In this document: in pieces, positions 7,550-16,659 of the stretch
Numbering within the stretch: position 1 is the stretch's first letter
How the letters are laid out: each line of letters begins with the position of its first letter
NCBI GenBank assembly: GCA_964514965.1
Contig: CAZETV010000001.1
Coordinates: forward strand, 573,063-605,062
Origin: Candidatus Hadarchaeota archaeon
Lineage (GTDB): Archaea > Hadarchaeota > Hadarchaeia > Hadarchaeales > Hadarchaeaceae
DNA: 32,000 nucleotides
Reading direction: 5' to 3'
Notes under the pieces: model-generated
What the model was told of the DNA's origin: nothing
The model's input: only the letters and a program-made list of their open reading frames with translations
Database searches by the model: none
Position numbers and translations under genes: made by a program

Positions 7550-8346
7550 TTGATATACAACCATTGATTGTAAAACTTGGCGGAAGCGTGATTACAGACA
7601 AAAAGGGGCGGTTCACGGTCAAGCGGGCAGTATTGAATAGGCTTGCCCGAGAGTTAACCGTAGCCAAGTGCCCCCTCGTGCTCGTACACGGGGGCGGCTC
7701 ATTCGGGCACCCTGTAGCATCTAAGTACAAGATCGCCGAGGGATATGGGCACCCACGACAGCTGATTGGATTTGCGCTGACTCATCGCGCGATGGAACGA
7801 CTCAACGCTTATGTTTTAGAAGCTCTTCAGCAAGCGGGTATACCCGCGATGGCGATGCAAACATCTGCTTGTGTTGTGGTTAAGAATGGACGGATCAAAT
7901 CGATGGAACTCAGACCTTTGCGCAAACTACTCAATCTCGGGCTAGTACCTGTGTTATATGGGGATGCCGTGCCAGATTTGGGCAGGGGGATGAGTATCCT
8001 TTCGGGCGATCAATTAGTTGCTCAGCTCGCGTGCGAACTAGGGGCTAAGCGGGTTGTCCTAGGTGTTGATGTTGATGGTGTTTATACGGTGAACCCTAAG
8101 ACCAATAAAAATGCCGAACTTGTCCAGAAGATATCTTTGAACAACTGGTCTTCGGTTAAGAAGCGGTTGAGTAGCGGTATCGGCAGAAGAGATGTCACGG
8201 GCGGTATGGCGAACAAGGTGCGTGAGTTACTTGCGTTGACCGAGCGCGGGGTGGATGCGGAGATAGTTAACGCGGCGAAGCCAAACATCCTGAGGCGGAC
8301 AATCTTAGGAGAATGCGGGCTCGGCACGAGGGTTGTGGCGAGGTGA
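7546..8346 (+). CDS. Isopentenyl phosphate kinase (amino-acid-kinase fold)
   Basis: VKLGGSVITDK and LVHGGGSFGHPVA motifs, as in the characterised archaeal IPKs. The GTG start overlaps the upstream stop (GTGA). Confidence 0.85.
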   Translation: MIDIQPLIVKLGGSVITDKKGRFTVKRAVLNRLARELTVAKCPLVLVHGGGSFGHPVASKYKIAEGYGHPRQLIGFALTHRAMERLNAYVLEALQQAGIPAMAMQTSACVVVKNGRIKSMELRPLRKLLNLGLVPVLYGDAVPDLGRGMSILSGDQLVAQLACELGAKRVVLGVDVDGVYTVNPKTNKNAELVQKISLNNWSSVKKRLSSGIGRRDVTGGMANKVRELLALTERGVDAEIVNAAKPNILRRTILGECGLGTRVVAR

Positions 8347-8350
8347 GTGA

Positions 8351-9433
8351 ATGAGCAAGCGGACTGTCAATCGAAAAATTGATCACGTCAGAATTTGTTT
8401 AGAAAAAAACGTCGAAGCCCCCCTTAAGGGCCCCGGTTTCGAAGACATCGAACTTGTCCATAATGCCCTCCCGGATATCAACTTTGAGGAAATCGACCTG
8501 GGCACTTCCTTCCTAGGAGCTAAGCTTGGGGCGCCAATAATGATATGCGCGATGACGGGCGGCTACCAGCGGGGAGGGGAAATAAATCTGGTCTTGGCCT
8601 CAGTAGCGCAGGAACTCGGATTGGCTTTCAGCGTTGGAAGCCAGCGCGCGGCAATCGAGGACAAAAAATTGGCGAAGACGTACAAAGTTCGAAACGTTGC
8701 CCCAGATATCTTCCTCGTGGGCAATTTGGGCATGCCCCAGCTGACACATGGCTATAGAGTTGCGGAAGCATGTCGAGCTGTCGAGATGATTGACGCAGAT
8801 GCTCTCTCAATCCACATGAACACACTCCAAGAGCTCGTGCAGCCTGAAGGCGAACCTAGATACAAAGGCGCCCTTGCAAAGTTTGCCAAAATCTGTAGGG
8901 CGCTCAAGTGCCCGATGATAGCCAAGGAGACGAGCAACGGAGTGAGCGCAGAAGTTGCAAGAAAGCTGGTCGGTGCTGGGGCTGCGGCGATTGATGTCAG
9001 CGGCGCCGGAGGAACTTCTTGGGCTAAAGTGGAGGCGCTTCGCTCACAATCCCACGCTCGCTTAGGACATGTCTTCTGGAACTGGGGCATCCCAACAACG
9101 GTATGCACAGCGGAGGTGGTCAAGGAAGTTAGGGTGCCAGTGATTTCAAGCGGCGGCGTACGCACGGGATTGGATGCCGCGAAAGCGTTTGCGCTAGGTG
9201 CCGATCTCGTCGGTTTGGCGCTTCCCCTCTTGCGTGCCGTCCCCCGAGGCAGAAAAGCTGTTGTCAAGCTTTTAAACAATTTCATTATGGAGTTGAAGGC
9301 CGCGATGTTTCTCACCGGCTGCAAGCGAGTCGAGGATTTGCATAAAGTGCCTATCGTGATCACGGGCAGGACACGCGAGTGGTTCCTAGCTCGCGGCTTG
9401 AACCCAGATGAGTTTGGACGAGGGCGACGATGA
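8351..9433 (+). CDS. fni: Type 2 isopentenyl-diphosphate delta-isomerase (FMN-dependent)
   Basis: [11 protein letters not shown] at the N-terminus, a TIM-barrel FMN-binding layout ([23 protein letters not shown]) and a length of 360 aa. Confidence 0.9.
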   Translation: MSKRTVNRKIDHVRICLEKNVEAPLKGPGFEDIELVHNALPDINFEEIDLGTSFLGAKLGAPIMICAMTGGYQRGGEINLVLASVAQELGLAFSVGSQRAAIEDKKLAKTYKVRNVAPDIFLVGNLGMPQLTHGYRVAEACRAVEMIDADALSIHMNTLQELVQPEGEPRYKGALAKFAKICRALKCPMIAKETSNGVSAEVARKLVGAGAAAIDVSGAGGTSWAKVEALRSQSHARLGHVFWNWGIPTTVCTAEVVKEVRVPVISSGGVRTGLDAAKAFALGADLVGLALPLLRAVPRGRKAVVKLLNNFIMELKAAMFLTGCKRVEDLHKVPIVITGRTREWFLARGLNPDEFGRGRR

Positions 9434-10758
9434 TGACTGTTGAAATTCTCCCGTTGGGCGGTTTGGGTGAAGTCGGCAAAAACATGACTGCTCTAGGTTT
9501 CGATGGCAAGTACGTGATTATCGACATGGGAGTAAGGCTCGACAGTATCATGGCGTTCGAGGATGCCGAGATAGGGAATATGAGCCGTGAGGAACTCATA
9601 AACATAAACGGCATTCCCGACGATAGCCCGCTCCGCAACCGGAAGGTTCAAGCAATCGTACTCACTCACGGGCACCTCGACCACATAGGCGCGATTGGCA
9701 AGCTAGCCCACTTCTATGACGCCCCGATTTACGGTACTCCGTTCACCATCGAACTCGTGAAACACGTTATACGCGAGGAACGCACTTTCAAGCCCAAGAA
9801 CGAGCTTCGCACGGTGACGCCGGGAGATAGCGTGGAGGTGAACGACATCGAGCTGAATTTCATCCCCGCTGCCCACAGCATCCTTCAAACGACCCTCATC
9901 ACCGCTCATAGCGCGGATGGGGTTGTTCTCTTTGCCAGCGACTTCAAATTAGACGAAGAACCCCCATTGGGATATAAAACAGATCGTGCCTGCTTGAAAA
10001 AGCTGGCTAGAGATGGAGTGCTAGCGGCACTTGTCGGAGCAATAAGGGTAGATGAACCCGGTCCAACCCCCTCAGAGAATTACGCGAAGGAGATGCTCCA
10101 AAAGACAATGGGAGAAGCAAGCTCCACTGGCAAGGCGGTACTCGTGACAACTTTCTCTTCACACATCGCTAGGCTAAAATCGATAGTCGACATTTCATTC
10201 GAGCTTGGGCGTACCCCGGTGCTAATCGGACGCTCACTCCGCAATTACTGCACGGCTGCACTTCACCTTGATTTGGTTGACTTCCCTTCAGAGCTACGCA
10301 TTCATGGACGCCCGAACGCGGTTCACAACCTGCTCGGTGAGGTTGAGAAATCGAGGGGGGACTACGTGCTCGTTTGCACAGGACACCAAGGGGAACCGAC
10401 ATCGGTGCTCTCGCGTATCGCGAACAGGCAGCTTCCTTTCAAGATCAAGCGTGGTGATGAGGTAATATTTTCAGCAAGTGTTATTCCAAATCCGATAAAT
10501 GAATCCAATCGTGAACTCCTCGAAACGAAGCTTCAAGCCCAAGGGGCCAACATCCACCGCGATGTCCATGTCTCAGGTCACGCCGGGCGGATTGACACCA
10601 TGGAGTTCCTTGAGCTCGTAAAACCCGAACATCTAATCCCTTGCCATAGCACCATGGACAAGCTCAGTCTTATGGCAGACTTGGGGCGAGAGCTTGGGTA
10701 TCCGAATGAAAATATGCATTTGCTTAGAAATGGGTCACGCCTAAGGTTGAGTGGTTAA
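9430..10758 (+). CDS. Beta-CASP metallo-beta-lactamase ribonuclease (archaeal RNase J-like)
   Basis: HxHxDH motif ([11 protein letters not shown]) and a downstream beta-CASP layout ending in VHVSGHA. ATGA overlap with fni. Its position between fni and idsA matches the common euryarchaeal arrangement. Confidence 0.8.
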   Translation: MMTVEILPLGGLGEVGKNMTALGFDGKYVIIDMGVRLDSIMAFEDAEIGNMSREELININGIPDDSPLRNRKVQAIVLTHGHLDHIGAIGKLAHFYDAPIYGTPFTIELVKHVIREERTFKPKNELRTVTPGDSVEVNDIELNFIPAAHSILQTTLITAHSADGVVLFASDFKLDEEPPLGYKTDRACLKKLARDGVLAALVGAIRVDEPGPTPSENYAKEMLQKTMGEASSTGKAVLVTTFSSHIARLKSIVDISFELGRTPVLIGRSLRNYCTAALHLDLVDFPSELRIHGRPNAVHNLLGEVEKSRGDYVLVCTGHQGEPTSVLSRIANRQLPFKIKRGDEVIFSASVIPNPINESNRELLETKLQAQGANIHRDVHVSGHAGRIDTMEFLELVKPEHLIPCHSTMDKLSLMADLGRELGYPNENMHLLRNGSRLRLSG

Positions 10759-11757
10759 ATGGACGTACTGAAGTATATGGCGGAGCGGGCGCGCATAGTT
10801 GAGCGCGAGATTGACCGTTGGGTTTCTCGTGAACTTGAGCCTGAGATATTAGCGCGCGCGACGCGGTACTTACTTGAAGCTGGAGGGAAACGGCTCCGCC
10901 CATGCCTTGCGCTCACTGCGTGCGAAGCGGTGGGGGGTAAAAAAGAGGATGCCCTCGAAGCAGCGGCAGCGCTTGAACTCCTACACAATTTCACCCTTAT
11001 CCACGACGACATAATGGACCAAGATGAGTTCAGGCGGAACGTGAAGACGGTGCATATACTATGGGGCGTGCCTGTTGCGATTATAGCTGGCGACGCTCTC
11101 TCCGCGAAGGTCTTTGAGGCTTTAGCTGCGAACGCCAAACGGCTTGAGCTCGATGGCACCCGCGTGGTCGAGCTCTTCGACACTGTAAGCAAAGCTAGCT
11201 TTGAAATCTGTCAGGGGCAGGTGCTTGACATGTTATTTGAAAGACGCGCAGACGTGAGCGAGGCTGAATACATACACATGGTCAGTGGGAAGACGGGGGC
11301 GCTTCTAGATGCATCCACGAAGATTGGAGCTCTTTTGGGGAGAGGAAACCCCGAGCAAGTCCGCGCACTCGCTGAATACGGGCGATTGATTGGGATGACA
11401 TTTCAAATGCGGGATGATGTGCTCGGCGTGTCGGGTGAGCAGGAAAAGTTTGGTAAGCCAATAGGAAGCGATATTCGAGAGGGCAAGCGAACGCTCATCG
11501 TAGCCAGGGCCCTCGCTACTGCACCACAGGAGGACAAATCCACGATTTTACACGCGCTTGGCAAGCGAGACGCATCGGAAGCCGAACTGAATGCAGCGAT
11601 TGAAGTACTAAAACGTACGGGCGCAATTGATTATGTAGCCGAACGAGCGCGGGATCTCATTGCCCAAGCTAAATCGAAGTTGAAGATATTGCCAGAGTCA
11701 AGAGCGAGGGAAGTTTTGTCAGAATTAGCGGATTTCACGGTCAAACGGGAGTTTTGA
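10759..11757 (+). CDS. idsA: Geranylgeranyl diphosphate synthase (short-chain trans-polyprenyl synthase)
   Basis: First Asp-rich motif LIHDDIMD and second Asp-rich motif FQMRDDVLG, plus GKRLRP near the N-terminus. Confidence 0.9.
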   Translation: MDVLKYMAERARIVEREIDRWVSRELEPEILARATRYLLEAGGKRLRPCLALTACEAVGGKKEDALEAAAALELLHNFTLIHDDIMDQDEFRRNVKTVHILWGVPVAIIAGDALSAKVFEALAANAKRLELDGTRVVELFDTVSKASFEICQGQVLDMLFERRADVSEAEYIHMVSGKTGALLDASTKIGALLGRGNPEQVRALAEYGRLIGMTFQMRDDVLGVSGEQEKFGKPIGSDIREGKRTLIVARALATAPQEDKSTILHALGKRDASEAELNAAIEVLKRTGAIDYVAERARDLIAQAKSKLKILPESRAREVLSELADFTVKREF

Positions 11758-11774
11758 TGGGGCCAGTCCCCCAA

Positions 11775-11996
11775 TTACTGCACGAGCATTTCCCCTTTCT
11801 TGGAGAGGCGATACTTCCCCTCATCTTCCTCCACAAATCCGGCTTTATTGAGCTCTCGGAGCCCACTTCTTACTCGGAATAAAGGTTGACCCGTTTTGTT
11901 TGCAATCTCGTTAGAGGATAATGTTCCATTCTTTAACGATTTCAGCAGACCTATCCCGCTTGATGTCGGCTTACCGTCTGGAGATACGCAAGGCAT
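11775..11996 (-). CDS. Small winged-helix DNA-binding protein (73 aa)
   Basis: wHTH-like pattern LSSNEIANKTGQPLFRVRSGLRELNKAGFVEEDEGKYRLSKKG. It lies 17 nt downstream of peroxiredoxin and in the same orientation. Confidence 0.5.
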   Translation of the reverse strand: MPCVSPDGKPTSSGIGLLKSLKNGTLSSNEIANKTGQPLFRVRSGLRELNKAGFVEEDEGKYRLSKKGEMLVQ

Positions 11997-12013
11997 GACA
12001 TCTCAGCTTCCTT

Positions 12014-12667
12014 TTAGAGTTTCTTCATGCAGAGGTACCATTCTTTGCACTCGTAACCTTCTTTAAGCCTTTCTTCCGCCTGCTCTGCTGTTGTTGGAGG
12101 AGGAACTATAACCAGGTCACCCGGGTTCCAGTTGGCAGGTGTAGCTACTTTATGCTGGTCTGTCGTCTGTAAGGCATCTATTAACCTCAGGATTTCCTTC
12201 ATGTTTCTGCCGGTAGTGAGTGGATAGTAAATCATGGCTCTTATCTTACTCTCAGGGTCAATCACGAAAACACATCGAACGGTCTCGGTCTTACTTTGAT
12301 CTGGGTGTATCATTCCATATTTTTTAGCAATTTCTTTGTTTAGGTCTGCAATAATTGGGAACGGTATCTTAACACCCATTTTCTCTTCTACGTTTCTCAT
12401 CCACGCTATGTGCGAAGAAACACTGTCCACGCTCAAACCCAAGAGTTCTACCTTCCTCTTTTTAAGCTCTTCATATATTCCAGAAAAAGCAATAAATTCT
12501 GTCGTGCAAACGGGCGTAAAATCAGCTGGGTGAGAAAACAAGACGAGCCAACTGCCCTCAAAATCTGAAAGCCTCAACACTCCTTGCGTTGTCATTGCTT
12601 CAAAGGCCGGAGCTTTTCGACCTAATACAGGAAATCCTACCTCTTCTTTACCGATTTCTTCAACCAT
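12014..12667 (-). CDS. Peroxiredoxin (Prx6-like / archaeal thioredoxin peroxidase)
   Basis: Peroxidatic Cys motif DFTPVCTTE. WLVLFSHPADFTPV context and a C-terminal CKEWYLC typical of archaeal Prx. Confidence 0.9.
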   Translation of the reverse strand: MVEEIGKEEVGFPVLGRKAPAFEAMTTQGVLRLSDFEGSWLVLFSHPADFTPVCTTEFIAFSGIYEELKKRKVELLGLSVDSVSSHIAWMRNVEEKMGVKIPFPIIADLNKEIAKKYGMIHPDQSKTETVRCVFVIDPESKIRAMIYYPLTTGRNMKEILRLIDALQTTDQHKVATPANWNPGDLVIVPPPTTAEQAEERLKEGYECKEWYLCMKKL

Positions 12668-12909
12668 TTTTACCCCCCTCTATTTCTGCTCAATTTATAA
12701 TTTATGAACATGAAAGGTAAAAAATTTTCGGATATCTCTACAAAAACAGCTGTTATCATTACTTTAATCGCGTACACAAGCATGGCTGGAATGTTTTTTG
12801 CCGCACCGAAAACTTCATTGAAAATCGCAAGAATACCTCCCTAATAAGGTTTATATATTCAATTCAGCATATTCCCGTATCCAATATAGGGTGGTGGGCG
12901 GGTGGGGAT

Positions 12910-13434
12910 ATGGAGACGTTTTTGCTCATTTTGCTCCAGTGCGTAGGTATCTTTTTTGCTCGAGTGGTTGATGTCACTCTCGGTACCATTCGGATTATCA
13001 TGCAGGGAAAGGGTGAGAAATCCCTAGCCGCACTCATAGGTTTTTTTGAGATAATCATCTGGGCGCTCGTGGTAAGTCAAATAATAAATAACTTGAACAA
13101 CATCTATTTCCTCTTATCTTTTGCTTTGGGCTTTGCAGCTGGGAACTATATCGGCGTGACCATCGATGAGAAAATAGCGAGGGGATATGCCCTTGCGCAT
13201 ATCGTACCGAAAGAAAATTATAAACTAGCTGAGAAACTCCGCCAGGCAGGTTTCGGCGTTACCGTAAACCCTGGTGTGGGTTCGCACGACATCTATCACG
13301 TTGTTCTCAAAAGAAAGAAATTACCCGCCCTGATAAAGATGGTCGGAACAGAGGATAATGGAGGCCTGTACGCCGTTACGGATGTAAAATATGAACATGG
13401 AACCTTCATGAAGAAAGCAGGCAAAAAGAAATAG
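12910..13434 (+). CDS. UPF0316/DUF2179-family membrane protein
   Basis: N-terminal RVVDVTLGTIRIIMQGKG motif, three hydrophobic helices and a soluble C-terminal domain, as in UPF0316 proteins. Confidence 0.65.
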   Translation: METFLLILLQCVGIFFARVVDVTLGTIRIIMQGKGEKSLAALIGFFEIIIWALVVSQIINNLNNIYFLLSFALGFAAGNYIGVTIDEKIARGYALAHIVPKENYKLAEKLRQAGFGVTVNPGVGSHDIYHVVLKRKKLPALIKMVGTEDNGGLYAVTDVKYEHGTFMKKAGKKK

Positions 13435-13566
13435 TGCAACCCATAATTTGGTATTATTTCGGGTTATACTTTTTAGAAATCCCCAAAATTTCAGGAAAAA
13501 TTGCTGTTCACGCGCCACACTTCAACTTTATTTGCGACTTCAATAGAATGTCTGTTGAGTGATTGA

Positions 13567-15258
13567 TTGGAGGATATTCGTAGAGAAGCACTACGATGGG
13601 CTCTCACAAACGCCGTTGAGCACAAGGGACGAGCGAGCGCAAAGGCCGTGCTGGGAAAGCTTGTGGCGGAGCTACCGGGTTGGCGTCCCAAAATCAAGGA
13701 GCTCTCCGCAATGGTTGAGCAAGTCGTGGCTGAGGTCAACGAGCTTCCCCGCGAGGAGCAGCTATCCAAGCTTCGCGAGGTAGGCCCTGTTGAGCGACTG
13801 AAGCCCGAGGAGCGGCACGGTTTGCCCGAGCTTCCAGATATTGAAAAATACCCGATGGTTACCACACGCTTCGCCCCGAACCCTAATGGACCGCTGCACC
13901 TAGGGCATGCCAGGACTGCCCTGCTCAGCCACGAGTACGCCCGCCGATATAAAGGCAAATTCATCCTTCGCTTCGAAGACACGAATCCCGAGAACGCGCT
14001 GCTTGAGATGTACGAACTCATCCGCCGAGACCTCCGATGGTTAGGCATGAGCTGGGACGAAGAGTACGCGCAGTCCGACCGCCTCGAGCTATACTACAAT
14101 TATGCAGAGCAACTCTTGCACGAGGGCAAGGCGTACATATGCACCTGCCCCACCAAGGACTTCCGGGAGTTGCGCGATCGGAAAAAGCCCTGTCCATGTC
14201 GCGAGCTTTCTAGCGAAAAACAGCTCCAACGATGGCAGCGGATGCTGTCCGGTGGAATCGCTAAGGGAGAAGCAGTTGTGCGCATCAAAACCGATCTAAA
14301 CCATCCAAACCCTGCTTTGCGCGATTGGCCTGCGCTTCGGGTGACGGCTAAACCTCACCCGCGTGTGGGAGAGCGCTACTCGGTTTGGCCCCTCTACAAC
14401 TTCTCGGTCACAATCGACGACCATGAAATGGGAGTGACGCACATTCTTAGAGGGAAGGAGCACGAAGTCAACGAACAGCGCCAGCGCACGCTCTTCAAGC
14501 ACTTTGGATGGGAGTACCCTACGGCGATTCAGCACGGGCGTTTAAACATGGCCGGGATGGCATTGAGCAAGACCCAGATAATGCTGGGCATCAGAAGCGG
14601 TGAGCTCACAGGCTACGACGATGTGAGGTTGGGGACGATTACAGCACTCAGGCGCCGGGGCTTCGCGCCCGATGCAATCAAACAACTTATCTTAGATATT
14701 GGCCCTACACTCGTTGATGCCTCGCTCAGCTGGGAGACGCTCTACGCTTACAACCGAAAGTTCGCAGATGAACAGGCAAACCGTTATTTCTTCGTCCCGA
14801 ACCCTGTGAAAGTGCTAGTGCACAAGGCGCCTGACCTAAAGCAGGCCCAGCTTCGCTTGCATCCGAGCCATCCTGAATATGGGGAGCGAATCTTGCCGCT
14901 CGCGCGCGAGGGAGATGCGCTCGTGTTTTATCTCGCTAGCGAAGATACTACCGCTCTACAGGAGGGGCAAACCTTCCGCCTTAAGGACTTAATGAATGTG
15001 ACTCTTAGCTCGAAGGGAAAGATGCTTGAGACTGAGTTTCAGGGGCTTGAGCTCGCAGACGTGCCGAAAATCCAGTGGGTTTCAGCAGGGGCGGTGGAGG
15101 TTGAGGTGATAAAACCTGACGATTCCCGTGAATTTGGACTAGCAGAGCCGGCAGTGGCAGGTCTCAAGGTCGACACCATCTTACAGTTTGAGCGATACGG
15201 GTTCGTTCGGGTTGATGCAGTCAGGCCAAAACTCGTTGCGATCTACGCCCATCGGTAA
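13567..15258 (+). CDS. gltX: Glutamyl-tRNA synthetase (archaeal/eukaryal type)
   Basis: HIGH-type motif RFAPNPNGPLHLGHARTA and a KMSKS-type MALSKT. The TTG start is the first possible start after an in-frame TGA (13564-13566). Confidence 0.9.
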   Translation: MEDIRREALRWALTNAVEHKGRASAKAVLGKLVAELPGWRPKIKELSAMVEQVVAEVNELPREEQLSKLREVGPVERLKPEERHGLPELPDIEKYPMVTTRFAPNPNGPLHLGHARTALLSHEYARRYKGKFILRFEDTNPENALLEMYELIRRDLRWLGMSWDEEYAQSDRLELYYNYAEQLLHEGKAYICTCPTKDFRELRDRKKPCPCRELSSEKQLQRWQRMLSGGIAKGEAVVRIKTDLNHPNPALRDWPALRVTAKPHPRVGERYSVWPLYNFSVTIDDHEMGVTHILRGKEHEVNEQRQRTLFKHFGWEYPTAIQHGRLNMAGMALSKTQIMLGIRSGELTGYDDVRLGTITALRRRGFAPDAIKQLILDIGPTLVDASLSWETLYAYNRKFADEQANRYFFVPNPVKVLVHKAPDLKQAQLRLHPSHPEYGERILPLAREGDALVFYLASEDTTALQEGQTFRLKDLMNVTLSSKGKMLETEFQGLELADVPKIQWVSAGAVEVEVIKPDDSREFGLAEPAVAGLKVDTILQFERYGFVRVDAVRPKLVAIYAHR

Positions 15259-15339
15259 ATTAAAATACTAAACTGAACTTCGTATGATACAGGTCACAAC
15301 CTATGAATGATGAAGGTGAAGCCGAAGGAGGTGTTTGAA

Positions 15340-15711
15340 GTGGCCAAACCAATTTACGTGCGATTTGAGGTGCCGAAGGAGCTGGCGGATAAGGCTTACG
15401 AGGCAGTCGAGAACGCACGAGATACGGGAAAACTAAGGAAAGGTACTAACGAAACAACCAAGGCAGTCGAGCGAAAGCAGGCCGTGCTGGTTATCATAGC
15501 CGAGGATGTCGAGCCAGCTGAAATCGTCGCTCACTTGCCCCCGCTTTGCGATGAGAAGGGCGTCCCATATATTTATGTTTCCAGCAAACGCGAGCTCGGG
15601 GCAGCAGCAGGCATAGATCTCGGGACAGCAGCAATAACGATAGTCGAAGCCGGACGAGCGACGGAAATTGTAAAGGAAATAGTCGAGCGCATTCGCGATC
15701 TGAAGAAGTGA
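15340..15711 (+). CDS. rpl7ae: 50S ribosomal protein L7Ae (eL8 family; K-turn binder)
   Basis: [21 protein letters not shown]...[17 protein letters not shown]...AEDVEP. GGAGGTG at 15326-15332 precedes GTG 15340, which gives the conserved MAKPIYV-type N-terminus. The track ORF start at 15307 is probably too long. Confidence 0.9.
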   Translation: MAKPIYVRFEVPKELADKAYEAVENARDTGKLRKGTNETTKAVERKQAVLVIIAEDVEPAEIVAHLPPLCDEKGVPYIYVSSKRELGAAAGIDLGTAAITIVEAGRATEIVKEIVERIRDLKK

Positions 15712-15715
15712 GTTC

Positions 15716-15931
15716 ATGCCAGCTGAGGAGTTAGGCTTTCCGGCCGAGATAATCGAGATTCGGACTCGCACAGGCGTAACAGGAGAAATTTTGCAAGTCA
15801 AGTGCCGTGTACTCGAGGGGCGAGATAAGGGGCGCATTATAACCCGCAACGTCAAGGGGCCTGTACGCGCAGGCGATATTCTCATGCTCCGAGAGACTGA
15901 GCGAGAGGCAAAAGAAATTAGGGTGCCTTGA
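15716..15931 (+). CDS. rps28e: 30S ribosomal protein eS28
   Basis: [57 protein letters not shown] is a typical S28e. Confidence 0.9.
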   Translation: MPAEELGFPAEIIEIRTRTGVTGEILQVKCRVLEGRDKGRIITRNVKGPVRAGDILMLRETEREAKEIRVP

Positions 15932-16123
15932 ATGCCGGTCGCGCGAAAGTGCTCCTTCTGCGGTGGGCGGGTTGAGCCTGGCACTGGCTTGATGCTCGTT
16001 CGGCGCGATGGGTCAATTTTATTTTTGTGCTCGAGCAAGTGCGAGCGAAACTTCGAGATGGGGCGGAAACCGCACCGCGTGAAGTGGACCGAGCGCTCCC
16101 GAAAGGCGAGGGGAAAGGCTTGA
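15932..16123 (+). CDS. rpl24e: 50S ribosomal protein eL24
   Basis: CSFCGGRVEPGTGLMLVRRDGSILFLCSSKC zinc-ribbon-like L24e signature. The ATG abuts the rps28e stop. Confidence 0.9.
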   Translation: MPVARKCSFCGGRVEPGTGLMLVRRDGSILFLCSSKCERNFEMGRKPHRVKWTERSRKARGKA

Positions 16124-16527
16124 GGGAGCGGACCTTCGCCATGGTGAAGCCAGATGGAGTAGCAAAAGGCCTAACTGATGAAATTATTGCGCGAATCGAT
16201 AGGGCTGGTCTAAAAATAGTTTCGATGCGTCGGATGAAGCTCGATCGAGGACTCGCAGAAGAGCTTTACTCGGTGCATCGGGGCAAAGATTTCTTCGAAC
16301 GTTTGGTCGAGCACGTACTTTCAGGAGAGGTGGTCGTTATGCTGGTCGAGGGGGACCGTGCAATAGCGCGAATTCGTGAACTCTTGGGTGCCACAGACCC
16401 GACTAAGGCCGCTAAAGGAACGATTCGAAGTGACTTCGGGTCGAGCATTACAGAAAATATTATTCACGCTGCAGATTCCGCAGAAAACGCTGGACGAGAA
16501 ACGCGAATTTTCTTCGGAGGAGCCTGA
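16120..16527 (+). CDS. ndk: Nucleoside diphosphate kinase
   Basis: RERTFAMVKPDGV N-terminus, and the active-site His in NIIHAADS. A TTG at 16120 overlaps the rpl24e stop (TTGA). The track ORF start at 16027 would run 97 nt inside rpl24e. Confidence 0.9.
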   Translation: MRERTFAMVKPDGVAKGLTDEIIARIDRAGLKIVSMRRMKLDRGLAEELYSVHRGKDFFERLVEHVLSGEVVVMLVEGDRAIARIRELLGATDPTKAAKGTIRSDFGSSITENIIHAADSAENAGRETRIFFGGA

Positions 16528-16532
16528 GCCTC

Positions 16533-16580
16533 TTTTTCATGAGAATTCGAGCAAGCTAAAATTTAACTTTTTTGTGTTTT
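16533..16580 (+). terminator. Oligo-T tracts downstream of ndk (candidate archaeal termination signals)
   Basis: T5 at 16533-16537, 6 nt after the ndk stop. T6 at 16568-16573 and T4 at 16577-16580. The region is a convergent intergenic gap. Confidence 0.35.
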
Positions 16581-16659
16581 AATTTAGGCCATATAGGTCA
16601 ATTTTAAATTTTGATTTAGCGCCTATTTGTCTCAAAAATAGCCAATGAGAAACTTGCTC

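Noticed and set aside
8752-9363. Long antisense ORFs opposite confident genes: 8752-9363 (203 aa), 10755-11192, 13491-14048, 15433-16038, 17803-18369, 20490-20912, 942-1388 and 2163-2528.
   Set aside because: Each lies wholly inside a gene with strong family signatures on the other strand. Their translations are Ser/Arg/Pro/Ala-rich and low in complexity, as is typical of shadow ORFs, and none has a recognisable motif or ribosome-binding site.
12704-12844. 46-codon ORF (MNMKGKKFSDISTKTAVIITLIAYTSMAGMFFAAPKTSLKIARIPP) with one hydrophobic helix, in the prx/UPF0316 divergent spacer.
   Set aside because: It has no ribosome-binding site. Its ATG sits inside the TATA-like element that most likely serves the peroxiredoxin promoter. 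Its size and composition are compatible with chance in AT-rich spacer DNA.
16027-16119. N-terminal extensions in the ORF track: ndk from 16027, rps6e from 19228, eif2g from 19729, kae1 from 30133, L7Ae from 15307 and queE from 2932.
   Set aside because: The extensions precede the conserved family N-termini. They overlap upstream genes or ribosome-binding sites, and they mostly start at TTG or GTG codons that are simply the first in-frame start after a stop. Internal starts fit better.
16549-16656. Scattered short inverted repeats in the ndk / zinc-ribbon convergent spacer: GAGCAAG/CTTGCTC about 95 nt apart, and AAAATTTAA/TTAAATTTT.
   Set aside because: The region is AT-rich and low in complexity. 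The arms are short and distant, and I see no coherent fold. I annotated only the oligo-T tracts as possible terminators.
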